Assembly: GCA_050949525.1 (NCBI GenBank)
Contig: JBMNFW010000001.1
Span: 271,890-335,889 of the forward strand
Direction: 5' to 3'
Length of the DNA stretch: 64,000 nt
DNA from: Patescibacteria group bacterium
Lineage (GTDB): Bacteria > Patescibacteriota > Patescibacteriia > Patescibacteriales > UBA12465
The position numbers and the translations under genes were made by a program. Of the stretch, positions 1 through 9,540 are shown in pieces. A model generated the notes under the pieces. That model worked only from the letters and a program-made list of their open reading frames with translations. It ran no database searches and had not been told where the DNA came from. Positions within the stretch are counted from its first letter, which is position 1. Each line of letters begins with the position of its first letter.

Positions 1-549
1 TTTTTTGGTTATTTTGAAATTAATTGGTGGTATATACCAGTTTTTATTTTTATTATTGTGGCTACTTCTTTTTCTGTTAATGAAACTGATGGTTTAGATG
101 GTTTAGCCGGTGGTACTTTATTAGTGGCTTTTGCTTCTTATGGAGTAATATCATTTGCCCTAGGTCGATATGATTTAGCTACTTTTTGTGCTGTTATTAG
201 CGGAGCCTTGATTGCTTTTTTATGGTTTAATATTCCTCCAGCTCGTTTTTATATGGGGGATACGGGTTCCATGAGTTTAGGAGTCACTTTGGGTATTATT
301 GCCCTATTAACTAATAATGTTTTACTTTTACCTTTCATTGGTTTTATTTTTATGGTTGAATCTTTATCAGTTATTATTCAGATTATTTCTAGAAAAATTA
401 GAAAGAAGAAGTTTTTTTTATCAGCTCCAATTCATCATCATTTTCAAGCTAAAGGTTGGCCCGAGAGTAAAATTGTGATGCGTTTTTGGTTAATATCAGG
501 AGTGATGGCATCTTTAGGTTTATTAATATTTTTTATTGATAGAATTTAA
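1..549 (+). CDS. mraY: Phospho-N-acetylmuramoyl-pentapeptide transferase MraY, C-terminal part (5' end lies outside the window)
   Basis: The frame is open from base 1. It contains NETDGLDGLAGG and the MGDTGSMSLG motif typical of MraY and is multi-pass hydrophobic. It sits at the head of dcw-type neighbours. Confidence 0.9.
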   Translation, partial: FFGYFEINWWYIPVFIFIIVATSFSVNETDGLDGLAGGTLLVAFASYGVISFALGRYDLATFCAVISGALIAFLWFNIPPARFYMGDTGSMSLGVTLGIIALLTNNVLLLPFIGFIFMVESLSVIIQIISRKIRKKKFFLSAPIHHHFQAKGWPESKIVMRFWLISGVMASLGLLIFFIDRI

Positions 550-554
550 TTATA

Positions 555-1751
555 ATGTTTAAACGAGAAGAAACCAGAAGATTAAATGCGACAGCGGATA
601 GATTTAAATCTGATCCTTTGTTTTTTACTAAAGGGAGATTGAATAAGGCTTTAATTATTACTGTTTTAATTTTACTTTTAGCTGGTTTAATATTTTTATT
701 TAGTGCTTCTTTATTGAAGTCATTTTCTGAGCAGGGTAATGCTTATTATTATATTAAAAAACAGCTTTTAGGATTAACTTTAGGTCTTTTATCTCTTATT
801 ATTTTAAGTCGAATTAATTATCGTTTTTTTAAGAAATTTTCCCTTAGTTTTTTAATCATTTCTATTTTATTTTTAATTGCTGTTTTTATTCCTGGAATTG
901 GGGCTCAGTATGGAACATCACATAGTTGGTTAAATATTTTTGGTATGTCTTTTCAGGTAGCTGAATTAGTTAAATTATTTTTCATTTTTTATTTAGCAGC
1001 TTGGGTTGAGAGTCGTCAAGATGATCTAAAGAATTTTTCTACTGGTTTATTACCTTTTCTTTTAGTCGTATCCTTATTAGGGTTTTTATTTATTATTCAA
1101 CCAGATTTTGGTGGTTTCTTTTTAGTTTTTTTAATTGCCTTATCAATTTATTTTGTGGTCGGAGGTAACGTTAGGCAATTATTGGTTTTATTTTTAATTT
1201 TTGTTTTTATTGCTTTATTATTCTGGCCTCGGATAAATGATCCCGAAGCCTCCGGATTTTTTCGTAGTTATCAATTAGATCGTTTTAGATGCTTGAATAA
1301 TCCTAATTATGATCGAGATGCTTGCTATCAAGTTAACCAATCCTTAATTGCTGTTGGTTCCGGAGGATTATGGGGTCGAGGTTTTAGTAATAGTGTTCAG
1401 AAATTTAATTATTTACCTGAGGTGTGGGCGGATTCTATTTTTCCCATTATTGCTGAAGAGATTGGTTTTATTGGTTCGGTGGTATTAATTTTGGCTTATG
1501 TTTTTCTTTTATATCAAGGATTAATGATAGCTAAAAGAGCCCCGGATGTTTATGGTCGATCTTTAGCAGTTGGAATATCAGCTTGGATATTTTTTCAAGT
1601 TTTTCTTAATATTGCTGGAATGATAAATTTAGTTCCAATGACTGGAGTTCCTTTACCTTTTATTAGTGCTGGAGGAAGCTCTTTGTGGTTTTTATTAGCT
1701 TCGATTGGTATTTTGTTAAATATTGATCGACAATCTTTAAAGAGTAATTGA
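555..1751 (+). CDS. ftsW: SEDS-family peptidoglycan polymerase / cell division protein FtsW (RodA-like)
   Basis: 398-aa polytopic protein with PDFGG and a SAGGSS-type C-terminal motif (PFISAGGSSLW). Located between mraY and murG. Confidence 0.85.
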   Translation: MFKREETRRLNATADRFKSDPLFFTKGRLNKALIITVLILLLAGLIFLFSASLLKSFSEQGNAYYYIKKQLLGLTLGLLSLIILSRINYRFFKKFSLSFLIISILFLIAVFIPGIGAQYGTSHSWLNIFGMSFQVAELVKLFFIFYLAAWVESRQDDLKNFSTGLLPFLLVVSLLGFLFIIQPDFGGFFLVFLIALSIYFVVGGNVRQLLVLFLIFVFIALLFWPRINDPEASGFFRSYQLDRFRCLNNPNYDRDACYQVNQSLIAVGSGGLWGRGFSNSVQKFNYLPEVWADSIFPIIAEEIGFIGSVVLILAYVFLLYQGLMIAKRAPDVYGRSLAVGISAWIFFQVFLNIAGMINLVPMTGVPLPFISAGGSSLWFLLASIGILLNIDRQSLKSN

Positions 1752-1755
1752 TTGT

Positions 1756-2826
1756 ATGAAGCAGAAAAAAAAGATAATTTTAAGTGGGGGCGGAACCGGA
1801 GGATCAGTAACTCCACTTTTAGCTATATATCGAAAATTGAAACTAAAATATGATTTTCTTTTTGTGGGAACTTATCAAGGATTAGAATTAAAGATGGTTC
1901 AGAGTGAGGGTTTAGATTATACTTCAATTTTAAGTGGTAAATGGCGTCGTTATTTTTCTTGGCGTAATTTTTGGGATATTTTTAAAATTATATTAGCTTT
2001 TTTTCAATCTCTGATATTATTAATTCGAGAAAGGCCTAATATGATTATTAGTGCGGGGGCTTTTGTGGCCGTACCATTATCTTGGGCAGCTTGGGTTTTA
2101 AGAATTCCAATTATTATTCATCAGCAAGATGTTGAGCCTGGTTTGGCTAATAGGATAATGGCTCGAATCGCGACTGTTATTACTACTACTTTTGAATCTT
2201 CGGCTTGTTTCTATGGTCCGAAAGCTCGAGTGATTGGAAATTTAGGTCCTGATGTTGATAGCATTAACCATGATTTAGAGATTATTGATAAATATGATTT
2301 GAATAAAAAGGATTGTCCGATAGTTTTAGTTTTAGGTGGTGGAACCGGTTCTCTTTTTATTAATGAAATACTTAATCAGGGTTTACCAGAGTTGCTTAAG
2401 TTTTCTAAAATTATTCATATTAGTGGTTTATCAGATCGAGATTCGGCTAATCTTTTTATAGATTCATCGCGTTATTTTAAAATCGATTTTGTTGCCCCGC
2501 AGGAATTATTATTTTTAATGACTCAGGCTGATTTAGTAGTTTCTCGATGTGGACTAGGTACTTTAACTGAATTATCTTTTTTAAAAAAACCCAGCATTTT
2601 AATTCCGATGCCTAACTCTCATCAAGAGCTTAATGCTAATGAGTTTTTAAAAAAGGAAGCGGCTATAGTTTTGCATCAGAAAGATTTAAGTTCTGAGATT
2701 TTTATTAAAAAAATAAAAGAACTTCTGAATAATGATAATTTACGAAGTTCTTTATCTAAGAATATTGCTCAAGTTATACCAAATGCTAATCAAGTTATGG
2801 TAGATATTATTGAAGAATTGATTTAA
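1756..2826 (+). CDS. murG: UDP-GlcNAc:undecaprenyl-PP-MurNAc-pentapeptide GlcNAc transferase MurG
   Basis: N-terminal GGGTGGSVTPLLA glycine loop, HQQD motif and a C-terminal GT-B half (GGGTGS). dcw context. Confidence 0.9.
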   Translation: MKQKKKIILSGGGTGGSVTPLLAIYRKLKLKYDFLFVGTYQGLELKMVQSEGLDYTSILSGKWRRYFSWRNFWDIFKIILAFFQSLILLIRERPNMIISAGAFVAVPLSWAAWVLRIPIIIHQQDVEPGLANRIMARIATVITTTFESSACFYGPKARVIGNLGPDVDSINHDLEIIDKYDLNKKDCPIVLVLGGGTGSLFINEILNQGLPELLKFSKIIHISGLSDRDSANLFIDSSRYFKIDFVAPQELLFLMTQADLVVSRCGLGTLTELSFLKKPSILIPMPNSHQELNANEFLKKEAAIVLHQKDLSSEIFIKKIKELLNNDNLRSSLSKNIAQVIPNANQVMVDIIEELI

Positions 2827-4091
2827 GCAGCTAGCTCCATTTCTTTTTTTAGTTTCTTTTTTATTTCTTCCATTTTATAAACAAAGGGATGAAGATAATT
2901 CTGAATAAATTTAATAGTGAAGATATAGGGAGCTAGATTTTTGTAATTATTATGACTAATATCAATATCTTGATAGTCTTGTAGCAAAGCTTTAGAGATT
3001 CTTTCTTTTTTGTCTATTACTTTTTCTATTTCTTGATAAAGATCATTTTTAAGTCGGGGGTCATTTTTAGCTTTTTCTAATTCTTTATTTATTTTTTGAT
3101 AAGTATAGAGTAGACTTTTAGTTTCTAGACTAATGGTTTCTTTTAATTTTTCGACTGAATTTTGAATGTCAGGTGTGTCTAAAACTTCAATCACTTTCTT
3201 TTTAATACGTTGTCCAGCTTGACTATCATCATTAAAATCACTTAATTCTCCGAGGCGCATATTAGCTGAAAATTTACTGGAAATATCCAAAAACTCTCTT
3301 AGCAGTTTTCTTTTTTTTGGATCATTAGCACTAATACGTCCAGCAGTAAAGAATATTTCTCGAGCATTATTATCATTTAATTCAAAAAGATTAGCTAGGC
3401 GATTAATAAATTTTCCGGCTTTACTTTTAGAATAATATTCTTCACCATGTTCTTCATAATTTTTTAAGAAAGATTCTAGATTAAAATCTTTTATTTCTTC
3501 ACTTAAATTCTTAAAGTATAGCTCAATTTGTCCATCTCTATCGAGAGTGTTAAATCTTTCTAAAGAATAGTCGGATGGGTAATTTCTAATAATGGCATAA
3601 CTGGTATCAGCGGCCCCTGGATTGATAATACCATTACTAACATCAGTTTTTTGACCAAAGGCTTCCACTTCTACTTCTTCTCCTGATTCTAATTTTATTT
3701 TACCTTTAATGAAGGGACATTGAGTATTAGGGGCGATACCATCTTGAAAACCTAGTTTAGCAAATTCTTCTTTTATAATTGGAAAGTCTTTTTCGTGAAA
3801 AATAATATCAATATCATCAGGTTGTTTTTTACTCTCTTTAGCATTAATTAAAAAAGCAATTGAACCAATAACATACCAAGGGTATTGGCATTTGGTGTTA
3901 AAAATTTGAGCACAAATTTTTAAAGCTTCTTTTTGTTGCTCGGGAACTCTTTCTTGAAAGCGATTTCTTTCTTCTGGACTAGCAGGACGAAAAAAGAGGC
4001 TACCAGGAACCTCATAAAGATCTAGTTGATCTTCCTTGGTTTCGTTTTTAGATTTTTCTGCGATAATTTTTGTTTCTTTTTTTAGGCTCAT
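2823..4091 (-). CDS. Hypothetical protein with a Pol-beta-type nucleotidyltransferase-like N-domain and a long helical C-terminal half
   Basis: Motif VIGSIAFLINAKESKKQPDDIDIIF fits the hG[GS]...DxD minimal NTase pattern. The C-terminal ~200 aa are K/E-rich and helical. It is the only minus-strand gene inside the dcw block. Confidence 0.4.
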   Translation of the reverse strand: MSLKKETKIIAEKSKNETKEDQLDLYEVPGSLFFRPASPEERNRFQERVPEQQKEALKICAQIFNTKCQYPWYVIGSIAFLINAKESKKQPDDIDIIFHEKDFPIIKEEFAKLGFQDGIAPNTQCPFIKGKIKLESGEEVEVEAFGQKTDVSNGIINPGAADTSYAIIRNYPSDYSLERFNTLDRDGQIELYFKNLSEEIKDFNLESFLKNYEEHGEEYYSKSKAGKFINRLANLFELNDNNAREIFFTAGRISANDPKKRKLLREFLDISSKFSANMRLGELSDFNDDSQAGQRIKKKVIEVLDTPDIQNSVEKLKETISLETKSLLYTYQKINKELEKAKNDPRLKNDLYQEIEKVIDKKERISKALLQDYQDIDISHNNYKNLAPYIFTIKFIQNYLHPFVYKMEEIKKKLKKEMELAA

Positions 4092-4155
4092 ATTGTTAAA
4101 ATTAGTTTTTAATATTAATATTATATGATATAATTAGCTTAGTGTAAAGAAAAAT

Positions 4156-5580
4156 ATGAATTTTAGTGATAAAAAAAATATATACATGATTGGTATTAAG
4201 GGAGTAGGAATGTCAATGTTAGCTCAATTTTTACAGGGGCATGGTTTTAATATTTCTGGATCGGATGTCGCTGAATTTTTTCCTAGTGATCGGACTTTAA
4301 CTCAAGCGAAGATTAAAGTTAAATCTGGTTTTTCGTTACAAGATTTTCCGAAAAAAATTGATTTGATTATTTATTCCTCAGCTTTTAATGAGGAGAATAA
4401 TATTGAAATGGAGTATTTTGCTAATCAGGATATTCCTAAACTTTCTTATGCTCAGGCTTTAGGTTTTTTACAGCAAGATTATTTTGGTATCTCAGTTTGT
4501 GGTAGTCATGGTAAAACCACCGTTACTGCTTGGTTGGGTTATGTTTTAGATCAAGCTGGATTATCACCTAATGTTTTAAGTGGTTCTTATGTTAAACAGT
4601 TTTCTGGTAGTTCATTGTCAGGGACATCAAAATATTTAATTTTAGAATCTGATGAATATCAGAATAAGTTAAAATATCTTCATCCTCAAGCTATCGTTTT
4701 GAATAATATTAGTTTTGATCATCCTGATTATTTCAAAAGTCCAGTTGATTATTTAAAAGTTTTTTCTGATTTTATTGCTCGGTTAGATAAATCTGGATTT
4801 TTGATTAATAATTTAGAGGATGAAAATTCGAGTCAAATTTTAAATCAAAGTCCAGCCCGAATTATATCTTATTATATTGATCAGCCAATTTTTAATTCTA
4901 AAGTTCAGTATGAAAAAATTTATCAAGCTCGTAATTGTCAAATTGGCCAAGATTATCAAAGTTTTGATCTTTTTCGGGGTGATGAATTTTTAACATCTTT
5001 TAAAATTTATCTTCCGGGTCGACATAATATTCTTAACGCTTTAGCGGTTATTAGTACAGCTCTAGAATTAGGTTTGGGGGTGGAAGAAATAAAGGGACCG
5101 TTATGGTCGTTTAAAGGTCCGGCTCGACGTTTTGATGTTTTGGGTACTTATCAGGGGGCTTTAATTATTGATGATTACGCTCATCATCCTCAAGAAATCC
5201 AGGCTTCTTTACAAGCTATTAAAGAAAGATATCCTGACAAAAGAATAGTATGTCTTTTTCATCCCCATACTTTTAGTCGAACCGAAGCTTTTTTAGATGA
5301 TTTTGCTCGAAGTTTTACTTTAAGTGATGTTTTATATTTAGTTGAAATTTATGCTTCAGCTCGAGAAAAAAAATCAGAACTTTCGAGTCTTGATTTAATT
5401 GATAAAATTAGGCAGTATAATGAGACTAGGGGACAAGAGCAGGAATTAGGATATTTTAAAGATTTAGATCAGGCGGAAAAAGAATTAGTTAAAAAAATTA
5501 CTAATAATGATTTAGTTTTATTATTAGGAGCTGGTGACGTTTTTCGTGTTGCCTATAATTGGTTAGATATAAAAATATGA
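4156..5580 (+). CDS. murC: UDP-N-acetylmuramate--L-alanine ligase MurC
   Basis: IGIKGVGMS N-terminal Rossmann motif, GSHGKTT P-loop and DDYAHHP motif of Mur ligases. Confidence 0.9.
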   Translation: MNFSDKKNIYMIGIKGVGMSMLAQFLQGHGFNISGSDVAEFFPSDRTLTQAKIKVKSGFSLQDFPKKIDLIIYSSAFNEENNIEMEYFANQDIPKLSYAQALGFLQQDYFGISVCGSHGKTTVTAWLGYVLDQAGLSPNVLSGSYVKQFSGSSLSGTSKYLILESDEYQNKLKYLHPQAIVLNNISFDHPDYFKSPVDYLKVFSDFIARLDKSGFLINNLEDENSSQILNQSPARIISYYIDQPIFNSKVQYEKIYQARNCQIGQDYQSFDLFRGDEFLTSFKIYLPGRHNILNALAVISTALELGLGVEEIKGPLWSFKGPARRFDVLGTYQGALIIDDYAHHPQEIQASLQAIKERYPDKRIVCLFHPHTFSRTEAFLDDFARSFTLSDVLYLVEIYASAREKKSELSSLDLIDKIRQYNETRGQEQELGYFKDLDQAEKELVKKITNNDLVLLLGAGDVFRVAYNWLDIKI

Positions 5581-6593
5581 AATATTTAGAAGGTGAAAAT
5601 TTAAGAGATTATACTACTTTTAAAATTGGGGGGCCAATTAAGTTTTTGGTTAAGGTTCAGGATAAATCAGAACTCTTTGAAGCTTTAGATAAGGCTGAGC
5701 AAGAAAAATGGCCATTATTAATATTAGGGTCGGGTTCTAATATTTTAGCTTCGGATCAAGGTTTTTCTGGTTTAGTTATTAAAAATGAGATCAAGGGATT
5801 AGAAATAATTTCCGAGAATGATTCTGAGGTGATAATTAGAGCTCAGAGTGGTGAAATTTGGTCCAAGTTAGTAAAATTTACAGTTGATAGGAATTTTTAT
5901 GGTCTAGAAAACACCTTTCATATTCCTGGAACAGTGGGAGCAGCTCCGATACAAAATATTGGAGCTTATGGAACTGAATTAAAGGATTGTTTAGTTTCTC
6001 TTAAGGCTATTAATTTAAAGACTAAAGAAGAGAAAGAGTTTTCAGCTTCAGATTGTGAGCTAGCTTATCGTGATAGTATTTTTAAAAATGAACTGAAGGG
6101 GCAGTATTTTATTCTATCACTTGATTTAAGATTAAAGAAAAATGGAAATTTAAATTTAAATTATCCTGATATTCAAAGAGTTTTAACTGAGAGAAAAATT
6201 ACCGAACCTAGCTTAAGTGATTTAATAGAGATTATTAGGGAAATTAGAGATGAGAAATTACCTAATCCGGGAGTTTTACCTAGTGCTGGATCTTTTTTTA
6301 AAAATCCTATTATATCTTCCGAGCTTCTGAGTAAATTGCAGGATAAATTTTCTGATTTAAGATATTTTGTTAACGGTGATGAGATTAAGATTCCAGCTGG
6401 CTGGATGATTGAAAAGTGTGGTTTTAAGGATCGTGATTTTGGTTCAGTGGGAGTTCATAAAAAACAAGCTTTGATTTTAGTCAATTATGGTGGAGCTAAA
6501 CAAAGTGATGTTCTAGCCTTAGCTCAAAAAATAAAAGAAGAGGTTAAGGATAGATTTAATATTAGTTTAGAAGAAGAAGTTAATATTATTTAA
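5577..6593 (+). CDS. murB: UDP-N-acetylenolpyruvoylglucosamine reductase MurB
   Basis: LRDYTTFKIGGP and GSGSNIL FAD-binding motifs, plus AGWMIEKCGFK. The ATG at 5577 overlaps the murC TGA (ATGA). The ORF track offers an earlier start at 5559. Confidence 0.9.
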   Translation: MKYLEGENLRDYTTFKIGGPIKFLVKVQDKSELFEALDKAEQEKWPLLILGSGSNILASDQGFSGLVIKNEIKGLEIISENDSEVIIRAQSGEIWSKLVKFTVDRNFYGLENTFHIPGTVGAAPIQNIGAYGTELKDCLVSLKAINLKTKEEKEFSASDCELAYRDSIFKNELKGQYFILSLDLRLKKNGNLNLNYPDIQRVLTERKITEPSLSDLIEIIREIRDEKLPNPGVLPSAGSFFKNPIISSELLSKLQDKFSDLRYFVNGDEIKIPAGWMIEKCGFKDRDFGSVGVHKKQALILVNYGGAKQSDVLALAQKIKEEVKDRFNISLEEEVNII

Positions 6594-6598
6594 TTATT

Positions 6599-8449
6599 AT
6601 GATTAGTACTAAAGATTTACGAAACAAGTATTTAGAATTTTTTTCTAAAAAAAAGCATCAGATTATTTCTAGTGCTTCTTTAATTCCAGAAAATGATCCT
6701 AGCATTCTTTTTGTTAATGCGGGAATGTCGCCCTTGGTTCCATATTTAGCTGGACAAAAACATCCGGCGGGGAATCGCTTAGTTAATAGTCAAAAATGTT
6801 TTCGAGCTGAAGATATTGATGAAATTGGTGATGGGCGACATAATACTTTTTTTGAAATGTTAGGTAATTGGAGTTTAGGTGATTATTTTAAGAGAGAACA
6901 ATTATCTTGGTGGTTTGAGTTTTTAATTGATGAGTTGGGTCTAGATATTAATAATATTTATCAAACTGTTTATAAAGGAGATGGTAAAAATATTTCTAAA
7001 GATTATGATAGTATTAAAATTTTAATTGATATTTATGCGAAATATGGTATTGAGGCTCAGGAGGGTCCCGAGCCAAAGTTAGAGAATGATTTAGAGCTTG
7101 ATTTTAGTTCACAGAAAATTTTTGCCTATCGAGAAAAGAATTGGTGGCAGCGAGGAGATGCTGTAGGTGAGTTAGGTGGACCTGATAGTGAAACTTTTTA
7201 TGATACTGGTCGAGAGCATGATCCTAGTTTTGGGCCTCATTGTCATCCTAATTGTGATTGTGGTCGCTTTGTGGAGATTGGTAATTCGGTTTTTATGCAG
7301 TATCAAAAGACAGAAGATGGTTGGCAAGAATTAGAACAAAAAAATGTTGATTTTGGTGGAGGTTTAGAAAGATTAGTTATGGCAGTGAATAAGGAGAATA
7401 ATGTTTTTAAGATTGATTCTTTAAAAAATTTAATTGAGAGAATAGGAGAGTATTCCGGAAAGAAATATGAAGAGTATCCTAAGTATTTTGAGATTATTGC
7501 TGATCATATTAAATCAGCTAGTTTTCTTCTCGGGGATGATAAAAAAATCAGTCCTTCTAATGTTGATCAGGGTTATATTATTAGACGATTAATTCGTCGA
7601 GCTTTGAGATCGGCGAAGCAGATAGGTTTAAATCGAACCGGTTTTACCGCTGATTTATCTCATTTAGTAATTGATTTTTATCAGGATGATTATCCGGAAT
7701 TATTAAGAAATAAGGATTTTATTATCCAGGAAATGTTAGAAGAGGAAAAAAAGTTTTCTCGTATGATTGAGCGTGGTGAAAGAATTTTAAATAATATTTT
7801 AAAGAATAATGATCGAATTAGTGGTCAAGTAGCTTTTAATCTTTTTCAGTCTCATGGTTATCCTTTAGAGATGACTCGGGAAATAATTGAAGAAAAGGGT
7901 TTAGAAAAAACTGAGAATTTTGAAGATGAATATCAAGCTGAATTGAAGCGTCATCAAGAGCTTTCTAAAACTGCCAGTGCTGGTAAGTTTAAGGGGGGGT
8001 TAGCTGATCAGAGTGAGGCGACGACTAAACTTCATACCGCTGCCCATTTATTATTAGAGGCTTTACGTCGAGTTTTGGGCCCAGAAGTTGAACAAAGAGG
8101 TAGTAATATTACAGCGGAGAGATTACGTTTTGATTTTTCTCATCATAGCAAGATGAGTTCGGAAGAAAAAGAGGAGGTGGAGAGATTGGTTAATGAAGCT
8201 ATCGCACAAGAATTAGATGTTAGTTGTGAGGAAATGAGTTTAGAGCAAGCTAAAGAATCTGGGGCTGTTGGAGTTTTTGAGTCTAAATATGGTGAGCGAG
8301 TTAAGGTTTATTCAGTTGGAGATTTTTCTAAAGAGATTTGTGGTGGGCCTCATGTCGAAACTTTAAAAGGTTTAGGTCAATTTAAGATTCAAAAAGAAGA
8401 AAGTTCTAGTGCTGGAGTTCGCAGGATTAGGGCTGTGTTAATAGCATAA
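6599..8449 (+). CDS. alaS: Alanine--tRNA ligase, short form (catalytic, tRNA-recognition and editing domains; no C-Ala domain)
   Basis: N-terminal FFSKKKHQIISSASLIPENDPSILFVNAGM and the HTAAHLL...CGGPHV editing-domain zinc motifs. The protein ends at 616 aa directly after the editing domain. Confidence 0.85.
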   Translation: MISTKDLRNKYLEFFSKKKHQIISSASLIPENDPSILFVNAGMSPLVPYLAGQKHPAGNRLVNSQKCFRAEDIDEIGDGRHNTFFEMLGNWSLGDYFKREQLSWWFEFLIDELGLDINNIYQTVYKGDGKNISKDYDSIKILIDIYAKYGIEAQEGPEPKLENDLELDFSSQKIFAYREKNWWQRGDAVGELGGPDSETFYDTGREHDPSFGPHCHPNCDCGRFVEIGNSVFMQYQKTEDGWQELEQKNVDFGGGLERLVMAVNKENNVFKIDSLKNLIERIGEYSGKKYEEYPKYFEIIADHIKSASFLLGDDKKISPSNVDQGYIIRRLIRRALRSAKQIGLNRTGFTADLSHLVIDFYQDDYPELLRNKDFIIQEMLEEEKKFSRMIERGERILNNILKNNDRISGQVAFNLFQSHGYPLEMTREIIEEKGLEKTENFEDEYQAELKRHQELSKTASAGKFKGGLADQSEATTKLHTAAHLLLEALRRVLGPEVEQRGSNITAERLRFDFSHHSKMSSEEKEEVERLVNEAIAQELDVSCEEMSLEQAKESGAVGVFESKYGERVKVYSVGDFSKEICGGPHVETLKGLGQFKIQKEESSSAGVRRIRAVLIA

Positions 8450-8450
8450 T

Positions 8451-9518
8451 ATGAATAAAAAGGCTTTTTCTCTAGTTGAGCTTTTAGTAGTTATTGCTGT
8501 TATTGGGATTTTAGCTACCTTGGCCGTAGTGTCATTACAAGGAGCTAGAAAAGGAGCTCGTGATGCTAAGAGAATTGCTAATATTAAACAAATTCAAACT
8601 GCTTTAGAATTATATTACAATGATCAAGGGCAGTATCCAGAAAGTTTAAATTTTGGCCAAGGAAGCATTGAGAGTCCTAATGCTGTTTATATGGAGAAGA
8701 TTCCTAGTGCTCCAAGTCCAGCTGATGGGAATTGTGGTAGTAATAATGCTTATTTATATATTCCTATTGGTATTAATGGGCGAGCTTATCAAATATCGTT
8801 TTGCTTGGGATCTAAAGTTGGTCAATTAGATCCTGGACCACATTGCGCCAAGCCAGGAGGGATTATTCCTGGATCTTGTGGCGATGACTTTATTTGTGGT
8901 GATCCACTTTATGATAGTCGAGATGGTAATGTGTATAATACTGTTGCCATTGGTGATCAATGTTGGTTTCAGGAAAATCTAGCCTATTTGCCAATGGTTC
9001 ATAGTAATACCGAATATGTTGCTTCAAATACAGCAAAGTTACCTGGTTATGGTGTCTATGGTTATAACGGAAGTAATGTAGCCACCGCTAAATTAGAAAG
9101 CAATTATTCTACTTATGGAGTATTATATAATTGGTTTGCAGTTAATCAATCTGGAACTAATGCGATTTGTCCAGCAGGATGGCATGTGCCAACTGATGAT
9201 GAGTGGACAGAATTAACCAGGTATGTAATAGGTGATCCAACTTGCAACCCTAACACTGGATGTTCTCCGGCCGGAATAGCTTTAAAGACTGATGCTTGGG
9301 GTGGTGATAATAGCTCAGGTTTTACAGCTTTACTAGCCGGTTATCGGTATAATAGTGGTTTTGTGGATCTCGGAGCCGCCGCTTACTTTTGGTCATCTTC
9401 TGAGAATATTTCTAATCACTCTTGGTATCGTTTTTTGCAATCTGGTAGTGCTAAAGTATTTCGTGATTATAATGGTCAGATTCATGGTTATTCGGTTCGT
9501 TGCCTGAGAACTGAATAA
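8451..9518 (+). CDS. Type IV pilin-like protein fused to a Fibrobacter-succinogenes-major-paralogous (FISUMP) domain
   Basis: Prepilin N-terminus MNKKAFSLVELLVVIAVIGILA. C-terminal half carries GDQCWFQENL, YGVLYNW, CPAGWHVPTDDEW, GFTALLAGYR, YFWSSS and SVRCL, as in the TIGR02145-type domain. Confidence 0.8.
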   Translation: MNKKAFSLVELLVVIAVIGILATLAVVSLQGARKGARDAKRIANIKQIQTALELYYNDQGQYPESLNFGQGSIESPNAVYMEKIPSAPSPADGNCGSNNAYLYIPIGINGRAYQISFCLGSKVGQLDPGPHCAKPGGIIPGSCGDDFICGDPLYDSRDGNVYNTVAIGDQCWFQENLAYLPMVHSNTEYVASNTAKLPGYGVYGYNGSNVATAKLESNYSTYGVLYNWFAVNQSGTNAICPAGWHVPTDDEWTELTRYVIGDPTCNPNTGCSPAGIALKTDAWGGDNSSGFTALLAGYRYNSGFVDLGAAAYFWSSSENISNHSWYRFLQSGSAKVFRDYNGQIHGYSVRCLRTE

Positions 9519-9540
9519 ATAAGTTTTTTAAATTAAATAA

